Shown here: positions 57,714 through 64,000 of the stretch, one piece after another
How positions within the stretch are numbered: the first letter of the stretch is position 1
Layout of the letters: each line of letters begins with the position of its first letter
Made by a program: the position numbers and the translations under genes
Notes under the pieces: generated by a model
The model's database searches: none
Seen by the model: the letters and a program-made list of their open reading frames with translations, nothing else
Told to the model about the DNA's origin: nothing
Origin: Eledone cirrhosa
Lineage: Eukaryota
DNA length: 64,000 nt
NCBI GenBank assembly: GCA_964016885.1
Contig: OZ024759.1
Location: forward strand, 3,410,001 to 3,474,000
Reading direction: 5' to 3'

Positions 57714-57846
57714 GGAAAAGATGAAACGATATTTCATTTCCCACTCTTAGTACGGCTGTTACTTAAATATAAGTATGTACACGTACACACATATATGCAT
57801 ACCGACGTACAGTAGTATGTATATATATATATACATACATGCACAC

Positions 57847-58192
57847 ATATATATATGCACATATGGATTCACCGAATATTTATTATAATGCTCGGTGTGT
57901 TTGTAAACAAACATCCCGTATTAAGCCGTAGTGTCTAGCAACCACCGTTGCTCGTTTGTAGCCCGTTAATATGCATAAGGTAAGTATATACGTTCAACAA
58001 TCTGGCAGGAAGGTATACGTTGCTGACGATAGCTAACAAGCTTGAAACTAGTACAGCGTTCCTTTGTCAGTGTTGAACAAACGAGCAACGGTGGTTGCTA
58101 GACACTACGGCTTAATACGGGATGTTTGTTTACAAACATTATAATAAATATTATAATAAATATTCGGTGAATCCATACGTGCATATATATAT
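57847..58192. mobile_element. ~345-bp fold-back (long inverted repeat) element between TA repeats, with a hammerhead ribozyme in its loop
   Basis: 57898-57959 is the exact reverse complement of 58077-58138 (62 bp). 57847-57889 matches 58150-58192 with 1 mismatch. Both ends run into (TA)n. Mobile-element status is inferred. Confidence 0.85.
58017..58059 (+). ncRNA. Minimal type I hammerhead ribozyme motif (HHR-1)
   Basis: Stem I ACGTTG (58017-22) / CAGCGT (58054-59). Core CTGACGA (58023-29). Stem II T-AGCT-aaca-AGCT-T. GAAA (58044-47). Stem III reduced to A-U closing the palindrome CTAG. Cleavage triplet GTA, predicted cut 3' of 58053. Confidence 0.82.
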
Positions 58193-58395
58193 TAATCTGT
58201 TATTTTAATAAATATTTTCTCTACAGTTCTTATATATTTGATATATATTTATCCTTATTGAGCCCTCTTTGGATTTTAGTCTTCAATTTTATTATTATTA
58301 CTATATATATATATATATATACACATATAATTGTGTATTCACACATTATCTTAGTAATGATATAATAATTTTAGTAAATTGTTCAAAATTCTTCA

Positions 58396-58610
58396 TTAAC
58401 CATTTTGGTAGAAACCCAGCCAAAATAGGTTCTCGTTATATGGAAATGGTTCCTATCTAAATTAAAGTCTTCCAACGAAATTCTATATAACAACCATATG
58501 TTATGTTACTATGTTAGTAATTAACTAACAATTGTGATAAATAGCCCAAATTATTCATAATTAATTGAAATACGAGGTTCATAATTATAATAAAATCTTC
58601 GAACAGGCTA
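58396..58610. mobile_element. Degenerate AT-rich interspersed repeat, possibly a TTAA-type MITE remnant
   Basis: Begins TTAACCATTTTG. The segment TCTTCCAACGAAATTCTATATAACAACCATATGTTATGTTACTA has a diverged direct copy at ~60324-60367. Family assignment is from recollection only. Confidence 0.4.
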
Positions 58611-58750
58611 CGAAGCCGGTAAACCTTAAAGGTACGCAACACACACATCGCTATAGCGTTTCACCAGCCAATTCATTCCTCAATCATTACATAGATGTGT
58701 GTGTATGTAATAAATATTTTGTATTGTGTCTATTTATGAATATGTATGAG

Positions 58751-60119
58751 TAGATGTGTGTGTGTGTGTAACACAGTAGATGTGTGTCTGTGTGTAACAC
58801 AGTAGATGTGTGTGTATATAACACAGTAGATGTGTGTATATCACACAGTACATGTGTGTGTATGTAACTCAGTAGATGTGTGTGTATGTAACCCAGTAGA
58901 TGTATGTGTATGTAACTCAGTAGATGTGTGTGTATGTAATACAGTAGATGTGGGTATGTAACACAGTAGATGTGTGTATGTAACATAGTAGATGTGTGTA
59001 TGTAACACAGTAGATGTGTGTGTATATAACACAGTAGATGTTTGTGTATGTAACACAGTAGATGTGTGTAACACAGTAGATGTGTGTGTATGTAACACAA
59101 TAGATGTGTGTGTATATAACACAGATGTGTGTGTATGTAACACAGTAGATGTGTGTGTATGTAACACAGTAGATGTGTGTGTATGTAACACAGTAGATGT
59201 GTGTGTATGTAACATAGTAGATGTGTGTATGTAACACAGTAGATGTGTGTATTGTAACACAATAGATGTGTGTGTATGTAACACTGTAGATCTCTGTATA
59301 TGTAACACAGTAGATGTGTGTATGTAACACAGTAGATGTGTGTGTATGTAATACAGTAGGTGTGTGTGTATGTAACACAGTAGATGTGTGTGTATGTAAC
59401 ACAGTAGATGTGTGTGTATGTAACACAGTAGATGTGTGTGTATGTAACACAGTAGATGTGAGTGTATGTAACTCAGTAGATGTGAGTGTATGTAACCCAG
59501 TAGATGTGTGTAACACAATAGATGTGTGTGTATATAACACAATAGATGTGTGTGTATGTAACACAGTAGATGTGTGTGTATGTAACACAGTAGATGTGTT
59601 TGTATGTAACACAGTAGATGTGTGTGTATGTAACACATTAGATGTGTGTGTCTGTAACACAGTAGATGTGTGTGTATGTAACACAATAGATGTGTGTGTA
59701 TATAACACAGTAGAAACGTGTGTTTATGTAACACAGTAGATGTGTGTGTATGTAACCCAGTAGATGTGTGCGTATATAACCCAGTAGATGTGTGTATGTA
59801 ACACAGTAGATGTATGTGTATGTAACCCAGTAGATGTGTGTATGTAAGACAGTAGATGTGTGTGTATCTAAGACAGTAGATGTGTGCATGTAACACAGTA
59901 GATGTGTGTGTATGTAACACAGTAGATGTGTGTGTATGTAACACAATAGATGTGTGTGTATGTAACACTGTAGATCTCTGTATATGTAACACAGTAGATG
60001 TGTGTATGTAACACAGTAGATGTGTGTGTATGTAACACAGTAGGTGTGTGTGTATGTAACACAGTAGATGTGTGTGTATGTAAGACAGTAGATGTGTGTG
60101 TATGTAACACAGTAGATGT
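58751..60119. repeat. Minisatellite, 24-bp unit AACACAGTAGATGTGTGTGTATGT with 22- and 18-bp slippage variants, ~58-60 copies
   Basis: Direct reading; 8-aa periodicity (CVCNTVDV) in the ORF track. Confidence 0.97.
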
Positions 60120-60310
60120 ATATATAACTAAAGTGTAACGTAAGTTAAAATGGACGACAAAATGACTTTAACTTGTTTTTTAACAATTGATGGTGGAAAA
60201 GATTTTAAATTGTCTTAACTCAGACCATAAAGGGCTGCAACACATGGTGTTTGACACTCTTACCGGCTACATAGCCAGGGATTCTATTTTACGGGGTCCG
60301 GTTACATAGC

Positions 60311-60475
60311 TTCTTCTTAAAAATCTTCCAACATAATTTTATACAAGAACCACATGTTAAGTTACTAATAAAATAATTAATAATTAAAAACTTCAGTAAA
60401 TCCTTCAAATGATATCTCAGTAATGAAATAATTAATAATTGTTATAAATACCTCAAAATTCCTCATTAATTAAAC
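60311..60475. repeat. Second diverged copy of the AT-rich interspersed repeat at ~58450-58566
   Basis: TCTTCCAACATAATTTTATACAAGAACCACATGTTAAGTTACTA and AATTGTTATAAATACCTCAAAATT align by eye with 58468-58511 and 58530-58552. Confidence 0.6.
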
Positions 60476-60640
60476 CCCAGACAGGTAAAAACTCCAGAGT
60501 CTTTCAGTCGGACATGAAACAAATTCATTTCTAATGGAAAAAGTAAAGATTGTAAAGTCAGCCAAGGGAGATCACTCTCAGCGACTTATTGTAAATCTTG
60601 TTCGTGAATTAATCCGGATTAAATTATTCTGGTGTATTTT

Positions 60641-60960
60641 GTGTGGAGGAAACCGGGTTTACGCGGTGATAGCGCGTAATTCAAGAACGTATGGTTCGTG
60701 AGACCGGGTAGTCTGTGCGTTGGCCCCTTGAACAAAACATTTCTCCCAGCTGGCAAAACTAATAAGTTGTACCAGTAATTATAGGGTAACGTTGTTACAT
60801 AGAATTGTCACACTGAATCTCTCTGAGAACAATGTCAACGGTACACGTGTCAATGAAATACCCAGACGCATTATAATATAAGATGGATTCTATATGTATT
60901 TAAAAAGGAAGGCATGTCACACGTTTTGTCTCGCTGAATCTCCCTGTGAACTATGTAAAT
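60641..60960 (+). mobile_element. Degenerate tRNA-derived SINE-like remnant(s)
   Basis: GC-richer head, a box-B-like GGTTCGTGA, then GTGCGTTGGCCCCTTGAACAAAACATTT, which resembles the conserved TGTGTCCTTGAGCAAGGCACTT SINE body motif. GTC.C.CTGAATCTC.CTG.GAAC occurs twice (~60808 and ~60928). Confidence 0.5.
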
Positions 60961-61911
60961 ACTAGTGACTATCAGACATAGTGTATCTCGGACTACATTA
61001 TCTAATGTACAGTACAGTAGTTAGTATTAGTGGTTATCAGACATAGTATATCTAGGACTACATTATCTAATGTACAGTACAGTAGTCAGTATTACTGGCT
61101 ATCAGACATAGTGTATCTAGGACTACATTATCTAATGTACAGTACAGTAGTTAGTATTAGTGACTATCAGACATAGTGTATCTAGGACTACATTATCTAA
61201 TGTACAATACAGTAGTTAGTATCAGTGGCTATCAGACATAGTGTATCTAGGACTACATTATCTAATGTACAGTACAGTAGTTAGTATTAGTGGCTATCAG
61301 ACATAGTGTATCTAGGACTACATTATCTAATGTACAGTACAGTAGTTAGTATTAGTGGCTATCAGACATAGTATATCTAGGACTACATTATCTAATGTAC
61401 AGTACAGTAGTTAGTATTAGTGGCTATCAGACAGTGTATCTAGGACTACATTACCTAATGTACAGTACAGTAGTTAGTATTAGTGGCTATCAGACATAGT
61501 GTATCTAAGACTACCTTATCTAATGTACAATATAGTAGTTAGTATTACTGGCTATCAGACATAGTGTATCTAGGAATACATTATCTAATGTACAATATAG
61601 TAGTTAGTATTACTGGCTATCAGGCATAGTGTATCTAGGAATACATTACCTATTGTACAGTGTAGTAGTTAGTATTAGTGGCTACCAGACATAGTGTATC
61701 TAGGACTACATTACATAATGTACAGTACAGTAATCAGTATTAGAGGCTATCAGAGATAGTGTATCTAGGACTACATTATCTAATGTACAGTACAGTAGTT
61801 AGTATTAGTGGCTATCAGGCATAGTGTATCTAGGACTACATTATCTAATATACAGTACAGTAGTTAGTATTAGTGGCTATCAGGCATAGTGTATCTAAGA
61901 CTACATTATCT
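60961..61911. repeat. Minisatellite, 65-bp unit CTATCAGACATAGTGTATCTAGGACTACATTATCTAATGTACAGTACAGTAGTTAGTATTAGTGG, ~14.6 copies
   Basis: ATCAGACATAG recurs at 60971, 61036, 61101 and onward (65-bp period). Confidence 0.97.
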
Positions 61912-61920
61912 TAACTGCAC

Positions 61921-62160
61921 ATAGCATCCAACCCTGACAGTATGGTGTCCTGGAAATATGTACATTCAAAGCAGAGACCTCACTCTTCAGTTGGTCCTCT
62001 TCACAATCTCCACACAAGCCAGGTTACTGACGACCCAAGAAATGCACAGAATTCATTGTTGAAAGAAATGGAGGCATTTTCACTGTTGAAGACCAAAATG
62101 TACCATCTCCACCACCTCTGACATCAGATTCTATTACAACTATGGAATTTAGACCTGCAA
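61921..62160 (+). pseudogene. Fragment of a CR1/L2-like LINE ORF2 (linker between endonuclease and RT), frameshifted
   Basis: Manual translation gives IASNPDSMVSWKYVHSKQRPHSSVGPLHNLHTSQVTDDPR, then after a frameshift KCTEFIVERNGGIFTVEDQNVPSPPPLTSDSITTMEF. This matches the NPKxFWxYVxSK..IGPL..TDD.EKAE.LN..F.SVFTxED pattern of CR1-group ORF2. Confidence 0.65.
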
Positions 62161-62424
62161 TGCCACCTTACAAAACCTCTACGTAGTCTTTCTAACTGCT
62201 AGAAATAGCAGCGATATTATCCATTACAACTTCGTTTTTTTGTTTAAAATATCCAAAGTTTAGTTATGAAATCAACAGCAAGTCCTTTGCACAGACTTCG
62301 GAATAAACTCGAAGACCGTCAAAATATCATTCTCCTTCTCTCTCTCTTTAAACAAAGAATAGCTGCTTTCAACCTTAACGGGATCTTCTGAAACTCATTA
62401 TTTTAATCAATAGTTGCTCTACGG

Positions 62425-62426
<2 letters not shown>

Positions 62427-62475
<49 letters not shown>
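62427..62475. repeat. (TA)n microsatellite
   Basis: Perfect run of about 24 TA units. Confidence 0.97.
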
Positions 62476-62478
<3 letters not shown>

Positions 62479-62571
62479 GTAATTCCGTCGGAAAAGTGCA
62501 GGAAAAAAGAGTGCTCTATGTAGGCAACAGAGCTTAATTATTATTATGTAATAAACAACATAAGGCAATTA

Positions 62572-62631
62572 TTCCATTTACCAGTGGTTTCTTAAAAGCA
62601 AAAGGTTTTGCTTTCAATCCTCAGAATGAAA
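62572..62631 (-). ncRNA. Type I hammerhead ribozyme motif (HHR-2), core intact
   Basis: The - strand reads TTTCATT CTGAGGA TTGAAAGCAAAA cc TTTTGCTTTTAA GAAA CC act GG TA AATGGAA. This gives a 7-bp stem I, CUGANGA, an 11-12-bp stem II, GAAA, a short stem III and a GUA triplet (predicted cut between 62579 and 62578). Confidence 0.85.
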
Positions 62632-62744
62632 AAATCCTGGTTTGTTTATTGAATTTGGATTTTAAAAAACAAAAATGCAAACTATATGAAAGTGAGGCTG
62701 GAGAAGGGAGAAGGAAAGGAAAAATAAAATAAAACTACACATGC

Positions 62745-62776
62745 AAACACACACACAAAAACACAAAAGCATACAT

Positions 62777-62839
<63 letters not shown>

Positions 62840-62850
62840 CACATATATAT
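62745..62850. repeat. Compound (CA)n/(TA)n microsatellite
   Basis: Direct reading. Confidence 0.93.
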
Positions 62851-63059
62851 AAAAAAAAACATTGACACTCCTATGATAAATCAACCGCCTTGAAATCCTT
62901 CCCTGCTCTTTACTTCTGCTACGGTTTTTATTTTGCTGATTCTACGTTCTGTACTCTTGTATATTTACTTATTTTTTTCTCCCTTACCTCCCCTTATATT
63001 TTACCTTTTCTTATGCCCCCCCCCCCCATATATTCTGTTTGCCTTGCCCTTCACATACC

Positions 63060-63089
63060 TATGTGTATGTGTATGTATATTTGTGTGTA

Positions 63090-63158
<69 letters not shown>

Positions 63159-63218
63159 GTGTGTGTATGTGTATGTGTGTATATATATGTATATATTTGT
63201 GTGTGTGTATGTATATGT
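63060..63218. repeat. Compound (TA)n/(TG)n microsatellite
   Basis: Direct reading. Confidence 0.93.
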
Positions 63219-63235
63219 GGATAAACCAGGGTTTT

Positions 63236-63295
63236 TTTCATTCTGAAGATTGAAGGAAAAATTTTTTGCTTTTAAGAAACCACTGGTGAATGGAA
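63236..63295 (+). ncRNA. Type I hammerhead ribozyme motif (HHR-3), probably impaired (GUG triplet, weakened stem II)
   Basis: TTTCATT CTGAAGA TTGAAGGAAAAATTTTTTGCTTTTAA GAAA CC act GG TG AATGGAA. Homologous to HHR-2, but with G at position 17 (63288). Confidence 0.75.
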
Positions 63296-63377
63296 TAATT
63301 GCCTTATGTTGCTTTATTACTTTACTACTATATATACGTATATGTAAGGTTCATATGAATTATCTAAGACTGAGTCT

Positions 63378-63670
63378 TACACATACACACATGTATGTGT
63401 GTGTGTATGTGTATGCATGTGTATATATATGTATGTATATGTATGTATGTATATATATATATATATATATGTGTATATATATATATGTATATATATATGT
63501 GTGTATATGTATGCGTGTGTATGTATATATGTATGTGTCTGTGTTTGTGTTTGTATTTGGTTGTGCGTGTTTATGATATGTACGTATTTGTATGTGTATA
63601 ATTGTTTAGCTATGTATGTATATGTGTGTGTATGTATACGTATGTGTGTGTGTGTGCGTTTATATTTATG

Positions 63671-63741
<71 letters not shown>

Positions 63742-63905
63742 ATATAATTACATATACATATGTGTGTGTATATATTGTATACGTGTGCGTATTTGTGCAT
63801 GTATGTGCATGTATGTGTTTATGTATTTGTATATGTATATTTATGTGTGAGAGTGTGTGTATGTGTTTACGATTTCGTACGTATGTATACGTGCATTTGT
63901 GTGTA
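63378..63905. repeat. Compound TA/TG/TATG low-complexity microsatellite tract
   Basis: Direct reading. Confidence 0.93.
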
Positions 63906-64000
63906 TTACTTACCACGCGTGTCTGTCCAGTTAGCTGCCTTATGTAATGGTGTCAAAAAATTTTTTTAATATATATATATATTTTTTCTTATATTTATTT

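Larger units (their letters stand above)
62548..63320. mobile_element. Inverted pair of ~97-bp hammerhead-containing repeats around a ~580-bp microsatellite-rich spacer (Penelope-like terminal repeat remnants or a fold-back element)
   Basis: 62548-62643 is the reverse complement of 63223-63320, with 7 substitutions and 2 single-base indels by manual alignment. Confidence 0.8.

Noticed and set aside
58575-58626. Possible fourth hammerhead (AGGTT…CGAAGCCGGTA-AACCT)
   Set aside because: A stem I and a palindromic CCGG are present, but CUGANGA is absent, GAAA reads GAAG, and there is no stem II. At best a decayed relic.
58687-60110. His/Thr/Tyr-rich ORFs up to 383 aa
   Set aside because: Translations of the 24-bp minisatellite in multiple frames and both strands.
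62027-62050. CTGACGA…GAAA hammerhead-like words
   Set aside because: Only 5 unpaired nt lie between the motifs, there are no stems, and the site is within the CR1-like coding fragment.
62662-63969. Tyr/Ile/Val/Cys-rich ORFs
   Set aside because: Microsatellite translations.

Overview
Eukaryotic, repeat-only DNA with no supportable host gene. The (TA)n/(TG)n density and repeat style suggest an invertebrate, possibly an octopus, but that is recollection and unverified. Bases 1-56302 are one tandem array of 15/17-bp units (CTACA[G/A]TGTCTGTGT[GT]) with nested higher-order duplications; all long + strand 'ORFs' there are translation artefacts. The array abuts, mid-ORF, the APE endonuclease of an RTE-type LINE (- strand, one frameshift), and the LINE codons at the junction look like a proto-unit of the satellite. 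The last 7.7 kb holds 24-bp and 65-bp minisatellites, microsatellites, degenerate SINE, MITE and CR1-like fragments, and three minimal type I hammerhead ribozyme motifs. One hammerhead sits at the apex of a ~345-bp TA-flanked fold-back element (58017-58059 +). The other two form a divergent inverted pair (62572-62631 -, 63236-63295 +). They resemble the hammerheads of Penelope-like retroelements and retrozymes.
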